Part shown: positions 47,801-58,361 of the stretch, piece by piece
How the letters are laid out: every line of letters begins with the position of its first letter
Numbering within the stretch: position 1 is the first letter of the stretch
Assembly: GCA_963668175.1 (NCBI GenBank)
Contig: OY764159.1
Span: 3,680,001-3,744,000 of the forward strand
Length of the DNA: 64,000 nucleotides
Direction of reading: 5' to 3'
Source: Syntrophales bacterium
GTDB lineage: Bacteria > Desulfobacterota > Syntrophia > Syntrophales > PHBD01
The notes under the pieces: model-generated
The model's database searches: none
What the model was told of the DNA's origin: nothing
What the model saw: only the letters and a program-made list of their open reading frames with translations
Translations under genes and position numbers: made by a program

Positions 47801-48754
47801 ATGATTAATCTTCTAAACGATGGAAAACGCTTTATTGTAGTTATTTTATCATTATTTATCGTCTTTGCGGGTACCTCGAAACTGTGGGCCGAAGAGGCCA
47901 AACCCGCCCCCGAAAGCCAGAAGCCCGCAGCAGAAGCCGCCAAACCGGCTGAAGAGGAGAAGCCGACAGGGGAATTCGCCGTATCGGCCATGAGCCAGTA
48001 TATCTGGAGAGGCTATGAATTGAGCCGTAACAGCATCGTGGTTCAGCCGTCCGTAACGATAGGCTATAAGGGCTTTACGGCGAATGTCTGGGGCAATATG
48101 GATACGCATCCTTATTTTGCCGGCACCCAAGCCGACAAGTCCTACGGAAGCGCCTGGACGGAAACGGACCTTACGCTCTCTTACACCAAGACTTTCGGCA
48201 TCGTCAACATCGGCGGCGGCTACATCTACTACGGCTTAAACAGCATGAACAAAGACGCCCCGGACCGGGCGGACGCCCAGGAAGTTTTTCTGACCGTGGG
48301 GTTGAATACCATCCTGAATCCGACATTGACGGCCTACAAGGAAGTGGACCATTATCACAACTGGTATTTCCTCCTGGCCATCTCCCATACCTTCGAATTC
48401 AACAAGGTCGTCTCCCTGAAGCTGGCGGCCAGCGGCTCTTATCTGCTCAGCGAATATGCTGATGCGGCCCTCTTCAACGCCGGCGCCGGATACGGCGGTT
48501 ACCCCAAGTTTGACAGTAATGCCCAGGCCACGGATGACAAGTTCAAGAATTTCCATGACGGCACCGTTTCCGCCTCTCTGCCTTTAAAAGTCGCATCATA
48601 CCTTACGGTGACGCCGATTATTTCATACACCTTTCCCCTCTCTAACGATGCACGCTATGAAATGAAGGGACAGGGACTGAAGGGTTCGGCAGTAAACACC
48701 GATCGCGACAGTCAATTCGTCTATGGAGGCATAACCGTCAGTTTCAGTTTCTAA
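47801..48754 (+). CDS. Outer-membrane beta-barrel, TorF-like putative porin
   Basis: Signal peptide; SQYIWRG..VQP, ETDLTLSY; terminal Phe (VSFSF). Confidence 0.8.
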   Translation: MINLLNDGKRFIVVILSLFIVFAGTSKLWAEEAKPAPESQKPAAEAAKPAEEEKPTGEFAVSAMSQYIWRGYELSRNSIVVQPSVTIGYKGFTANVWGNMDTHPYFAGTQADKSYGSAWTETDLTLSYTKTFGIVNIGGGYIYYGLNSMNKDAPDRADAQEVFLTVGLNTILNPTLTAYKEVDHYHNWYFLLAISHTFEFNKVVSLKLAASGSYLLSEYADAALFNAGAGYGGYPKFDSNAQATDDKFKNFHDGTVSASLPLKVASYLTVTPIISYTFPLSNDARYEMKGQGLKGSAVNTDRDSQFVYGGITVSFSF

Positions 48755-48840
48755 GCACCTCCTGCCCGGCACCCCTCACCGGGAGGCGATTGTTCTCCGG
48801 ATACCGGCCATCGGATCAAAGGGCCGGGACGGGAACCATG

Positions 48841-48892
48841 ACGGAGGGGAAAGAGACAGCTTATCCAGCGCCACTGCCTCTTTCCCCTCCGT
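48841..48892. repeat. Perfect 15-bp inverted repeat downstream of the porin gene
   Basis: ACGGAGGGGAAAGAG / CTCTTTCCCCTCCGT; no clear U-tract. Confidence 0.6.
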
Positions 48893-49117
48893 GTCCTTAC
48901 CCTGCCGCAACGATTTTTCGATGTTGCCCATATCAGTCCCGCCGGCCGATCCAAAGAATGATCCATCAATCCATGGACTCCGGAGAGGCATTCGTCTCAC
49001 TGCAACTCGTTGACAAACGAGCCAGGATTCATTATAAGATAGCATATCGAGGGTTCACCTCTCCAGAAAACCAGCGAAAACAGGGATGGTCTCTCCATCT
49101 TTTTTACCAGGTGTACG

Positions 49118-49786
49118 ATGCCGATCGAACCAGGGTTACCCGTTTATATTGTCCACGATCAAATTGTGAGGAATGAGGACCTTCTCAAAGCCACAGTTTA
49201 CGGCATACGGGGAAAGCGCATCGTTCTCTCGCAAACGGCGCCCCCTCTGCCGGACTCATTTATCGGCAAATCGGTCATCGTTTCATTTCTGGACTCGGCA
49301 AACGACAACGCCAGACGCTGGGGCTGCCTCGGCATCATATCGGACATCGTGGACCGGTTTAAAATCTCCGGTGAAGAGCTGGTTCCGGCGATCATCATAG
49401 CCCGAAAGAAGGAACCGGAACCGATTACCTTAAGGCGAAGCAGCCGGGTAAGGCCGCCTGATGACGGCAGTTTGGGGCTTTCCGTTCAGAACAACTCCTA
49501 CGTCATTTTCGACATCTCTCTTCACGGAATCAATTTTATCCAGCCCAAAGACGAAGAAGCATTCCCTGTCTCAAGCGTCATGGAACTGACATTGGCCATC
49601 GACGAAAAGCCGTATAAACTGAGGGCAAAAGTCGTCCGGACGGCGGACAAGGAAGACGGCCGTTACAATTCGCTGGATTTTACCGGTATGAGCGGAGAAG
49701 CCGAGGAAATACTCGGCATCAAACTCTTCTCCGTGGAAATGCAGTCCATGCACCTCGACGAAGCGTGGACCGGCCTGGAAGATTAA
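49118..49786 (+). CDS. PilZ domain protein
   Basis: RRSSR (RxxxR) and DISLHG (DxSxxG). Confidence 0.82.
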   Translation: MPIEPGLPVYIVHDQIVRNEDLLKATVYGIRGKRIVLSQTAPPLPDSFIGKSVIVSFLDSANDNARRWGCLGIISDIVDRFKISGEELVPAIIIARKKEPEPITLRRSSRVRPPDDGSLGLSVQNNSYVIFDISLHGINFIQPKDEEAFPVSSVMELTLAIDEKPYKLRAKVVRTADKEDGRYNSLDFTGMSGEAEEILGIKLFSVEMQSMHLDEAWTGLED

Positions 49787-49837
49787 AATTGCTCTGTTGG
49801 TTCCGAGCCGGGAAGGGTTATAGAGACCATATTACGT

Positions 49838-51958
49838 TTATGCTTCCGCCTTTTCCCGGATATCGCGATCAAGTTCCTTCCTGACCCCTAACCCCAGTCG
49901 TTCCTGTACATAGGGCTTCCTGACATATGCGCCTGCACCGAGACGCTGAGCCTCCGTCACACGCTCCGTCTCGGAGAACCCGCTTACGATAACCGCTTTC
50001 TGCAGGGGGTTGATCTCCAGAATATTCCGGTAGGTATCGAGGCCGTCGATACCGGGGTCCATGATCATATCGAGAACAACCAGGTCCGCCTGATGATCCC
50101 GGAGATATTCCACGGCCTCTTCGCCGCTCGCCGCAACGGCGACACGGTAATTGAGCTTGATCAGCATCTTGGCGGCCAGTTCCCGCTGCTCCTGCATATC
50201 GTCTACGATCAGGATGGATTCGCCGCGCCCCATATATTCCGACTGCGGTACGGGCACGCCCTCGGGAGCAATCTGTTCCGTCGTAACGGGAAAATAAAGG
50301 GAAAAGGTCGTCCCCCTGCCCTCTTCTGTCTGGACGTCGATGTATCCCCCATGATCCTTGACGGTGCCCCAGACGACGGCAAGGCCCAGACCCGTTCCGC
50401 TCCGCCCCATAACTTTTTTTGTATAGAAGGGCTCGAAGATCCGTTTGATGTCCTGGGCGGGAATCCCTTCTCCCGTATCCGAGACCGACAGTACCGCATA
50501 ATCGCCCTTCAGAACATCGTCATATCCGTGAATAGGTTTGTCCAAATATTGATTGCCGGAAGCGATGGTCAATATGCCCCCCTTCGGCATGGCTTCAATC
50601 GCATTCATCACCAGATTCATCGTCGTCTTGTTGAGATGGACGGGCGATCCCTTGATATTGGGGATATTCGCCTTCAGATCGGTCTTCAAACGGACGCGGG
50701 GATTGGAAGCAAGAATACTTTTAAATTCCGCTGTTTCCTGCATCTTCCGGACGGCATCGGTCAGATTGATGACCTGGCCGGTCTTAACGCCCCTTCGTGC
50801 CAGGGTCAGCAGGTCCTGGACGATAGCCGCCGCCCGTTCGCCGCCTTCCATGATATTCACGGCATGAGATCTCATCCTGCCGGTCAGGTTTGGTTCATCG
50901 AGGAGAAGTTCGGAATAGCCGACGACTATGCCGAGAATGTTGTTCAGATCATGGGCGACGCCTCCCGCTAGCGTACCGAGAGCTTCCATCTTCTCGGCTC
51001 GGTTGAGACGTTCCTCCATCCGCTGCCGTTCATCCTCGGCCAAACGCTGTTCGGTAACGTCTTTATGCTGGATAACGGCGTGGGTTATCTTTCCCTGGGT
51101 ATCCTTAACGGGAAAAACGGTGGTGTCGACCGTAACGCATACCTTTTCACGTAAATGTAATTTTGTGTGGCGCGATGTGTCGTAGGTTATTTCGAAACGG
51201 ACTGTTTCGCCGTTTTCATAAACGGATTTTACGAGCGGCATGAATCCCTGCTCGGAAATGATTTCGTCTTGCAGAATGTTGTAACGTCCTATCACTTCCT
51301 CCGGAGATACGGCAAACAGGCGGAGGCATGCCTCATTCATGCCGACCATGGTACCCCGAGCATCCGCTATGGTCATAGCGCTCGGGCTCTGCTCGATAAC
51401 GCTGCTGAGGAACGTCTCGGATTGCCTCCTGGCTTCTTCCGCCTTATAGAGGCGCCTGATCGGCACTATTCTGAGGAACAGAAAAGCGCCTAAGCCCAAC
51501 GGCATGATAAGCAGGGCCATAAAACCCGTCCGCTGCAGGATCGGACGGAAGGAGCGGGCGATCTCAATCCTGCCTACGACCACGCCCGAATCCTTTAAAT
51601 CGAAGGATCGCATGATAACGGGCGGTTTGAGTTCGTCGGCACTTATGGCGATGACATGGTCGTCTGCATCCAGGATCCGTCTGATCTCGTTCACTCCCTT
51701 GCGGGAACGCATCGAAAGAATCCCGTCCAGTCTCTCGCGTTGGTATTTCCAGAAATCCGGACTGGCGATGATAATCTGACCCGTGAGATTCGCATTGATC
51801 TCGGCTTCCATGGCCAGGCTCGCGGCCATATTGAGATACGACATGTAGAGATAGCCTAAAGGAGAGGCAATCGCGGCCACTCCGATGACGATGCCGGCAA
51901 GCCAGGTAATGATCCTGGTCGTGCCTTTCCCGGAATCGTACATTTTCCCTAGGGTCAT
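49838..51958 (-). CDS. Hybrid sensor histidine kinase (2TM-PAS-HisKA-HATPase-REC)
   Basis: AHDLNN, FYTKKVMGRSGTGLGL, receiver DMIMDPG. Confidence 0.92.
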   Translation of the reverse strand: MTLGKMYDSGKGTTRIITWLAGIVIGVAAIASPLGYLYMSYLNMAASLAMEAEINANLTGQIIIASPDFWKYQRERLDGILSMRSRKGVNEIRRILDADDHVIAISADELKPPVIMRSFDLKDSGVVVGRIEIARSFRPILQRTGFMALLIMPLGLGAFLFLRIVPIRRLYKAEEARRQSETFLSSVIEQSPSAMTIADARGTMVGMNEACLRLFAVSPEEVIGRYNILQDEIISEQGFMPLVKSVYENGETVRFEITYDTSRHTKLHLREKVCVTVDTTVFPVKDTQGKITHAVIQHKDVTEQRLAEDERQRMEERLNRAEKMEALGTLAGGVAHDLNNILGIVVGYSELLLDEPNLTGRMRSHAVNIMEGGERAAAIVQDLLTLARRGVKTGQVINLTDAVRKMQETAEFKSILASNPRVRLKTDLKANIPNIKGSPVHLNKTTMNLVMNAIEAMPKGGILTIASGNQYLDKPIHGYDDVLKGDYAVLSVSDTGEGIPAQDIKRIFEPFYTKKVMGRSGTGLGLAVVWGTVKDHGGYIDVQTEEGRGTTFSLYFPVTTEQIAPEGVPVPQSEYMGRGESILIVDDMQEQRELAAKMLIKLNYRVAVAASGEEAVEYLRDHQADLVVLDMIMDPGIDGLDTYRNILEINPLQKAVIVSGFSETERVTEAQRLGAGAYVRKPYVQERLGLGVRKELDRDIREKAEA

Positions 51959-52791
51959 CGAACGGTCACCAGATGTCCGGTGTCCTCCATGATTTTCAAT
52001 CCTTTGGCTGAGAACAGGAACTGGGTGAATTTCTGAACCGCGGCAGATGCATTTCGGTAGGTGACGATGATCAGGGGTACGGAAGGACCGTAGGTCTTAT
52101 TGAAAAGGTTTTTCGGACTGGGCGAGATGCCGTTATATGCGAGGACCTTCACCTGGCGCTTTTCAGAGATTGCTTGGGCCAACGTACAGTATCCGAAAGC
52201 CCCCTGGGTTTTTTCCACATTGTCGGCGTTGTCCTGGGACGTCAGTCCGATGGCCGCTTCATGGTCGGCGAGGGCGATGTCGACCGCTTGACTCAATTCC
52301 GGCGACATCGATTTGAGAATAAGCGTTTCTGTGTCCCAGGCGGGGCGCAACCGGATGCGGATTCGTTTGCCGTCGGGCCAGTTCTTCATCCCGCCCCGGT
52401 AGATGCTGACGACATCATGGGTAGTAACACCCGATACATGAACGTCTTTGTTCGCAACAAAAACAAAAGGCGTTCGCCCATAGGTGATCACTGAAAAGTC
52501 CGCTTTCTCCTCGGTCGGTTTCAGACCCCGAGACACAACGGCAAGGTCGATGGCTTTCTTGGATATTGCATCCACGGCACCCGAACTGCCCAGGCTGGGC
52601 AGGATGTTGACTTTTATTCCCGGATGCAACTTCTCGAAGGCCTCGCCGAGGATCTTTATCGTCCCCAAAGCGCTGCCGGTGCCGCCTACGGTCAGAGTTT
52701 CGCCGGCATGGCCCCCGGAACCTCCGATGACCATGGTCCCGATGACCACAAGGAGAACAAGAACGAATCCCTTCACTCTTTGTCGAGCCAT
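51955..52791 (-). CDS. PstS-like periplasmic binding protein
   Basis: Signal peptide; GGTGS, SLGSSGA, SRGLK, NWPDG; stop overlaps kinase start. Confidence 0.85.
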   Translation of the reverse strand: MARQRVKGFVLVLLVVIGTMVIGGSGGHAGETLTVGGTGSALGTIKILGEAFEKLHPGIKVNILPSLGSSGAVDAISKKAIDLAVVSRGLKPTEEKADFSVITYGRTPFVFVANKDVHVSGVTTHDVVSIYRGGMKNWPDGKRIRIRLRPAWDTETLILKSMSPELSQAVDIALADHEAAIGLTSQDNADNVEKTQGAFGYCTLAQAISEKRQVKVLAYNGISPSPKNLFNKTYGPSVPLIIVTYRNASAAVQKFTQFLFSAKGLKIMEDTGHLVTVR

Positions 52792-52998
52792 AGATTACAT
52801 TCCTCGCATAGTGTTAAAGTCTCCATGTTTATCACCACGCCTTCAGCTATAAGATGACATGACTGACGAAATGCTTATATATACCATAGTTGTGGAACAT
52901 AGCCAATTCGAATTCTTGACTGCGCACACCCCTCTGCACCGGGATAAAAAGGGAGCAAAACAGGAGACTTGTTTTAAACATGCTCCTTCCACTTGTTC

Positions 52999-53027
52999 TT
53001 GACACGTCCCCATGGAAAGGCTATAGA
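52999..53027 (+). promoter_or_regulatory. Sigma70 promoter
   Basis: TTGACA-N17-TATAGA, about 265 nt upstream of the ACT gene. Confidence 0.65.
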
Positions 53028-53293
53028 TCAGCGATCAATCGTCACGCGGGTTTCGCTCTGCTATTGTATCGCTGCAGGTAATAAGGCGGCTGTAGCATGG
53101 CAAAGGAAAACGGGGCGGCAAGTGAATGCGCACCCGTTCCGGGATCGTATTCCAAATACCCCGGTCGATGCAGACTTAGCGTGTAAGGAGATACGCTGTA
53201 TTGCGGTAAGCTGTCCGAAACGTTTGGAACGTACAGCGCTGCATATCAGCATTACAAACGGCCCCACTGAACGCAAAAAAATGGAGTTGACTT

Positions 53294-53833
53294 ATGAGAT
53301 CATACGTCGTTTTTTCATCCATGGGACCGGACCGTCCCGGTTTGGCCAGAGAAATTGCGGAATTTTTCACGGCACGCGGCATCAACATCGAGCGCTCGCG
53401 GGGTTGCGTACTGGGAAACGAATTCGGCATGATCATCCTCACATCGGGCAACACCGACGACATCGAACGCTTTATTCCTGAGTTGGATATCCTCCGTCAG
53501 AAGACGGGGCTCGACATCCACGTCCGGAAAACCAAGGCCCCGAGCCACAGGGAGGTACAGCCTTCGATCCCTTACAGGCTAGTCGCCACTTCGATCGACC
53601 ATCCCGGCATCATCCATCAAATCTGCAAGGCCCTTCATCAAAGGGGCATCAACATCGAAGACATCTCGACCAATGTCGACAACAACATTGTTACCGGCGC
53701 AAACGTTTTCCAGATGATCTGCAACTTTTCGCTGCCGCCCGGTGTCAAAATCATCGATCTCAAGACAGCGCTGAACCGCATCAGTGACGAATACAACATC
53801 GATATCCGGTTCGACGCGGTGATCAACAAGTAA
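53294..53833 (+). CDS. GcvR-like double-ACT domain protein
   Basis: GPDRPGLA and SIDHPGII ACT repeats. Confidence 0.85.
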   Translation: MRSYVVFSSMGPDRPGLAREIAEFFTARGINIERSRGCVLGNEFGMIILTSGNTDDIERFIPELDILRQKTGLDIHVRKTKAPSHREVQPSIPYRLVATSIDHPGIIHQICKALHQRGINIEDISTNVDNNIVTGANVFQMICNFSLPPGVKIIDLKTALNRISDEYNIDIRFDAVINK

Positions 53834-53835
53834 TT

Positions 53836-55518
53836 ATGAACAGAACCGACAAACATCACGCCCATCAACTGAAACCGATCGCGGAAATCGCCGCTTCGAT
53901 AGGCCTCAAAGAAGACGACCTGGAGTACTACGGACGGTATAAGGCCAAGGTAAGGCTGGATGCCGTCAAAAATTGGGAGCGGAGGGATAATTCCGCCCTG
54001 ATCCTTGTCTCCGCGATGACCCCAACGCCCGCCGGAGAAGGAAAAACGACCGTTTCCATCGGATTGGCCCAGGCGCTGGCCAAACTGGGAAAAGCGACCA
54101 TCGTCGCCCTGCGCGAACCTTCTCTGGGTCCCGTCTTCGGCATCAAGGGGGGGGCGACGGGGGGAGGCAAATCCTGCGTGCATCCCCTTGATGAAATCAA
54201 TCTCCACTTTACCAACGATTTTCCGGCCGTGGAAAGCGCCCACAACCTCCTTTCGGCCCTTGTCGATAATGCCGTGTTCCACGGCAACCCGCTCAATATT
54301 GATCCCCGCAAGATCACCTGGAGGCGGGTCCTCGACGTGAACGACAGGTCCCTCAGGGACATTGTCATCGGCCTCGGCGGCTCCACCAACGGCGTGCCCC
54401 GTGAAACCGGCTTCGATATCGTTCCATCCAGCGAAATCATGGCGATCCTCTGCCTCTCCCGTTCTTACGCGGAGTTGAAGGACAAGATACGCCGGACACT
54501 GGTCGGCTTCACCTACGACGACCGGCCTGTTCTTACGGGAGACCTCAAAGTTGAAGGAGCGGTTACGGCACTCCTCAAGCACGCCCTCCTTCCGAACCTG
54601 GTCCAAACGACGGAAGGCGTCCCGGCTATCATCCATGGCGGTCCCTTTGCCAATATAGCCCAGGGAACGAGCAGCATCATGGGGACCGACCTCGCGCTCC
54701 GCCTGGCCGATTTCGTGGTGACCGAAGCCGGTTTCGGCTTCGATCTGGGCGCGGAAAAGTTTTTCGATATCGTGGCCCCTTACGGCGACTTGAATCCGCG
54801 CATCGTCGTCCTGGTCGCGACGGTCCGAGCCATGAAATATCACGCGGGCGTGGCGCGGGAACATCTCAACGAACCCAACCCCCAGGCGGCTGTCCTCGGC
54901 ATGGCGAACTTGAGAAAGCACTATCAGAATATCGACAAGTTCAACGTCCCCTGCATCATCGCCCTGAACCGCTTTCCCACAGATTCGGATGCGGAGATCA
55001 GGGCCGTGGTCAAGGCGGCCGAGTATGAGGGGATGAACATCGCACCCGCTGATATTTTCCGGAAGGGAGGAGAAGGAGGCCTGGAACTGGCGGAAAAAAC
55101 GGCCGGCCTTATTGCCAGTGCGAACGGGAGCTTCCGCAGGCTTTACGACTGGAATCAGCCGGTGGAGGACAAGATATTCACGGTCGCGAGTGAAATATAC
55201 GGCGCCGTCTCCATCGATTATCAGCCGTTGGCAAAGCGCAACCTCGACCTCATCAAAAAGATCGGCTACGACAAGCTTCCGATCTGTATAGCCAAGACCC
55301 AGCAATCTTTATCGGACAACCCCGCCCTCCTCGGCTTGCCCAGAGACTTTATCGTCACCGTCCGGGAAATCAAGATCGCCTCGGGCGCCGGCTTCCTCAT
55401 ACCCATTACGGGCGAGATCCTTCGTATGCCCGGCCTGGCGAAACAGCCCGCCGCCTTCAACATCGACATCGACGACAAGGGAAACATCACCGGCATCGTC
55501 GCCCCGGGCAAAGACTGA
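53836..55518 (+). CDS. fhs: Formate--tetrahydrofolate ligase
   Basis: TPTPAGEGKTT, REPSLGPVFGIKGGATGGG, HGGPFANIA, TEAGFG, CIAKTQ, MPGL. Confidence 0.97.
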   Translation: MNRTDKHHAHQLKPIAEIAASIGLKEDDLEYYGRYKAKVRLDAVKNWERRDNSALILVSAMTPTPAGEGKTTVSIGLAQALAKLGKATIVALREPSLGPVFGIKGGATGGGKSCVHPLDEINLHFTNDFPAVESAHNLLSALVDNAVFHGNPLNIDPRKITWRRVLDVNDRSLRDIVIGLGGSTNGVPRETGFDIVPSSEIMAILCLSRSYAELKDKIRRTLVGFTYDDRPVLTGDLKVEGAVTALLKHALLPNLVQTTEGVPAIIHGGPFANIAQGTSSIMGTDLALRLADFVVTEAGFGFDLGAEKFFDIVAPYGDLNPRIVVLVATVRAMKYHAGVAREHLNEPNPQAAVLGMANLRKHYQNIDKFNVPCIIALNRFPTDSDAEIRAVVKAAEYEGMNIAPADIFRKGGEGGLELAEKTAGLIASANGSFRRLYDWNQPVEDKIFTVASEIYGAVSIDYQPLAKRNLDLIKKIGYDKLPICIAKTQQSLSDNPALLGLPRDFIVTVREIKIASGAGFLIPITGEILRMPGLAKQPAAFNIDIDDKGNITGIVAPGKD

Positions 55519-55755
55519 GTCATTGACTGAACCAATGGAATAGATTGTATAATATCCGGGAATGGCCGTACGGAACTCCGGGCGAAGACGAGTGGACTCG
55601 TATCATGGAAGTTCTCTTGTTTCACCTGGGCATCGTCTTTCCCGCCCGCATGCAGGTCGGAAGGCACAACCTAAAGGCCTTGACAACCGGAGTGCTTTTA
55701 TTCTAGCTTTTTAGAAGATGCCTTTATCAAGAAACGGGGGTTAAAAAATCGGAAG

Positions 55756-56652
55756 ATGATCGACCACGTTAAAAGATACTTCATCGCCACGAGGCCATGG
55801 TCCTTTACGATGTCCTTCATTTCCGTATCGGTGGGAACGCTTCTGGCCGCCGAAAACGGTCCTGTCTCGTTGTTCTGGTTTTCGTTGATCGCAGTGGGCA
55901 TCATATGCTTTCACGCGGCGGCCAATCTCATCAACGATTATTTCGACACCCGCTACGGCGTGGATCGGGAGGATTCCCCGACGGCCAAGTACCGCCCCCA
56001 GCCGCTCATTTCCGGGATGCTCTCCCCGCGCCAGCTTCTTGTCGAAGCCGTCCTGCTGCTCATATTGACCTGCACCATCGGCTTTACGACGGCCTTCGTC
56101 CGTTCGCTGCACGTGCTCTGGATCGGGATTGTGGGGCTCGCCGCCTGTATCTTCTATACGGCCGGACCGGTCAAGTTCAAGTACAAGGCATTCGGCGAGT
56201 TCGCCGTCTTCATGATGTGGGGGCCTTTGATGATCGAGGGAGCCTACGCCGTACAGAGACAAGCCCTCTCCTTCAAGGCCCTCTATATATCGATTCCTTT
56301 CGGCGTGCTCGTCGCCCTGGTCCTCTTCGCCAACAACATGAGGGACATCGCTTACGATGCCCGCCAGAACATCAAGACGATCAGCATCATGCTGGGGGAC
56401 AGAAGGAGCTACCTGCTCTTCGCCGGTCTCATCTTCCTCGCCTATGCCTATGTCCTGGGAATGATCCTGGCGGGAGTGATGAGTCTCTGGGGCCTTCTGA
56501 TCTTCCTCTCGGTACCGAAGGCCGTGAGCCTGCTTAAAACCTTCCGTGAGAAGATACCCGACATGGCCGACGCCTTGACCGCCCAATTCGATACGGTGTT
56601 CGGGGTCCTGCTCATCCTGGCGATTCTCCTGGAAGTCAAGGCCGTCCTTTGA
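55756..56652 (+). CDS. menA: 1,4-dihydroxy-2-naphthoate prenyltransferase (UbiA family)
   Basis: TRPWSF, NLINDYFD..GVD, YTAGP, ANNMRDIAYD. Confidence 0.8.
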   Translation: MIDHVKRYFIATRPWSFTMSFISVSVGTLLAAENGPVSLFWFSLIAVGIICFHAAANLINDYFDTRYGVDREDSPTAKYRPQPLISGMLSPRQLLVEAVLLLILTCTIGFTTAFVRSLHVLWIGIVGLAACIFYTAGPVKFKYKAFGEFAVFMMWGPLMIEGAYAVQRQALSFKALYISIPFGVLVALVLFANNMRDIAYDARQNIKTISIMLGDRRSYLLFAGLIFLAYAYVLGMILAGVMSLWGLLIFLSVPKAVSLLKTFREKIPDMADALTAQFDTVFGVLLILAILLEVKAVL

Positions 56653-57239
56653 TACCCGGTGCCGTCATCCTGGCTTTCATCTGCTGGGGTTTCACTTTCG
56701 GTCTGCCGCGGGGTAATTTCTGGGTCAAGATCGGCGTCTCCGTCATCGTCATCTGCATCTATTCCTTTCAATGGCAGAAGCCCAAGGTCCGTTTCACGGC
56801 CAACAGCATTGTCATCGGCATCATCTCCGCTCTTGCCCTGTACGGAATCTTTTTCGTCGGCAACGCGCTGTCCCCTTACATTGTAAGCGGTTCAGCCGCG
56901 CAGGTAGGGGGTATTTACGATCTGGGAACGGGATCGGACCGGGTTCTCGTCTTCCTGCTTCTTTGTTTCGTCACCGGTCCGGGCGAGGAAATCTTCTGGC
57001 GCGGCTTCCTTCAGCAAACGCTCATGGACCGATACGGTCCTGCCCGGGGGTTCGCCATCGGAGTCCTGCTGTACGGCGCCGTGCACGTCTTCTCCATGAA
57101 CTTTATGCTGGTCATGGCCGCCCTGGTGGCAGGCGCCTTCTGGGGAGGACTCTATCTTTGGAAGAGCGATCTCGGGGCTGTCATCGTCTCCCACAGTCTG
57201 TGGAGTTCCTTCATCTTCGCCGTCTTTCCCGTTCGCTGA
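56649..57239 (+). CDS. CPBP/Abi family intramembrane glutamic endopeptidase
   Basis: EEIFWRG, YGAVH, SHSLW. Confidence 0.88.
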   Translation: MIPGAVILAFICWGFTFGLPRGNFWVKIGVSVIVICIYSFQWQKPKVRFTANSIVIGIISALALYGIFFVGNALSPYIVSGSAAQVGGIYDLGTGSDRVLVFLLLCFVTGPGEEIFWRGFLQQTLMDRYGPARGFAIGVLLYGAVHVFSMNFMLVMAALVAGAFWGGLYLWKSDLGAVIVSHSLWSSFIFAVFPVR

Positions 57240-57267
57240 CGGCAGGAGCCAAACAAGTGCCGCAGAA

Positions 57268-58233
57268 TTACAGGGCCAATTCCATCCCGTCATAGGCCAG
57301 ATATATTTCGAGAAGGCTTTCGGGGGCGTAAATCCCGAGATAATCCCTCGTTTCGTCGAGAAAATGCTCCAATGCTTCATCGTCATAGGTGTGTTCGCTG
57401 TGGAACATGCACAGGCGCTTGACCCCCGCCTTTACCGCCATCTCAACCGCCAGGAGGTTGCTCGAATGTCCCCAGTTCTCCTTGACGCCGATGGCGTCGA
57501 GGAACCGGTACTGGGCATCGAAAATCAGCAAGTCGGCCCCGTTGAAAAAGGAGAGAAATTGATCCGTTGCGGTTCCCGACTCTTCCTTGTGCTCCGCGTC
57601 GGTTGAGTAAACGACACTTTTCCCCTCTTTCTCGAAACGATACCCGTAAGAATCCCCCGGGTGGTTCTGCCGGATAGTCATCACCTGCAGACCGGCAATG
57701 CTGTATAATTCACCTGCGGTCAGGGTATGGAAAACGATATCGGCCGACATGGCCTTGAGGGGTACGGGAAAAGACGGGCCTTCCTGCTGTCTCACAAAAG
57801 CCTCCTGAAGATAATCATGGCCTCCGTAAATATGAACCCTGTTTCCCGGAATATAGGCCGGAGTGAAAAAGGGAAAGCCCTGAATATGGTCCCAATGGGG
57901 GTGCGATATGAAGATATGGAAAACAGACGGAGCTGCACCCCCTTCCCGGGAGTCCGATTTGAGGAACGCAGCGCCGAAATCCCTCAATCCGGTTCCGGCA
58001 TCACAAAGCACATACTCTTTGTGCCCTCTGATTTCAACACAGGCCGTGTTACCCCCGAAACTGCCCCTCACCTGAAAAGGGAGCTTATCCCTGACAAAGG
58101 CCGCGATGGTCTCATCCGTATCGAGGGCGTACGAACGCGCCTTTCTCAATGCCGAAAATATTTTTTTCTCGATCATGCCGGCGGTGATAGATGACGGCAG
58201 CGATCCGCGAGTCCCCCAGAAGTGGATCTGCAT
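57268..58233 (-). CDS. MBL-fold metallohydrolase (possible phosphodiesterase)
   Basis: WGTRGS, GGNTAC, DAGTG, SHPHWDHIQGFPFF, WGHS. Confidence 0.9.
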   Translation of the reverse strand: MQIHFWGTRGSLPSSITAGMIEKKIFSALRKARSYALDTDETIAAFVRDKLPFQVRGSFGGNTACVEIRGHKEYVLCDAGTGLRDFGAAFLKSDSREGGAAPSVFHIFISHPHWDHIQGFPFFTPAYIPGNRVHIYGGHDYLQEAFVRQQEGPSFPVPLKAMSADIVFHTLTAGELYSIAGLQVMTIRQNHPGDSYGYRFEKEGKSVVYSTDAEHKEESGTATDQFLSFFNGADLLIFDAQYRFLDAIGVKENWGHSSNLLAVEMAVKAGVKRLCMFHSEHTYDDEALEHFLDETRDYLGIYAPESLLEIYLAYDGMELAL

Positions 58234-58361
58234 AGGCGCTCCTTGGTCGGAGAGATAAAGAGATTCATCTGTCCGCAGACATGTATCACATTTCGATGCG
58301 AAGCTCCACCACGATGTAACACATAACGACCAGGCTGCCGGACTGCCTGCATGGGGCACTT

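Noticed and set aside
52855..52900. ATGACTGACGAAA resembling the ZTP riboswitch 5' element near fhs
   Set aside because: No 3' CGCCTGGGC pseudoknot partner, and it lies upstream of the likely promoter
53638..55305. Long antisense ORFs (also 19799..21052, 26701..28029, 35706..36848, 37042..38259, 39514..40608, 59878..60909)
   Set aside because: Opposite well-supported genes; expected from GC-rich codon bias; no recognisable motifs
55560..55650. Hairpin containing CCTGGGCA upstream of menA
   Set aside because: Lacks the rest of the ZTP consensus and lies downstream of fhs
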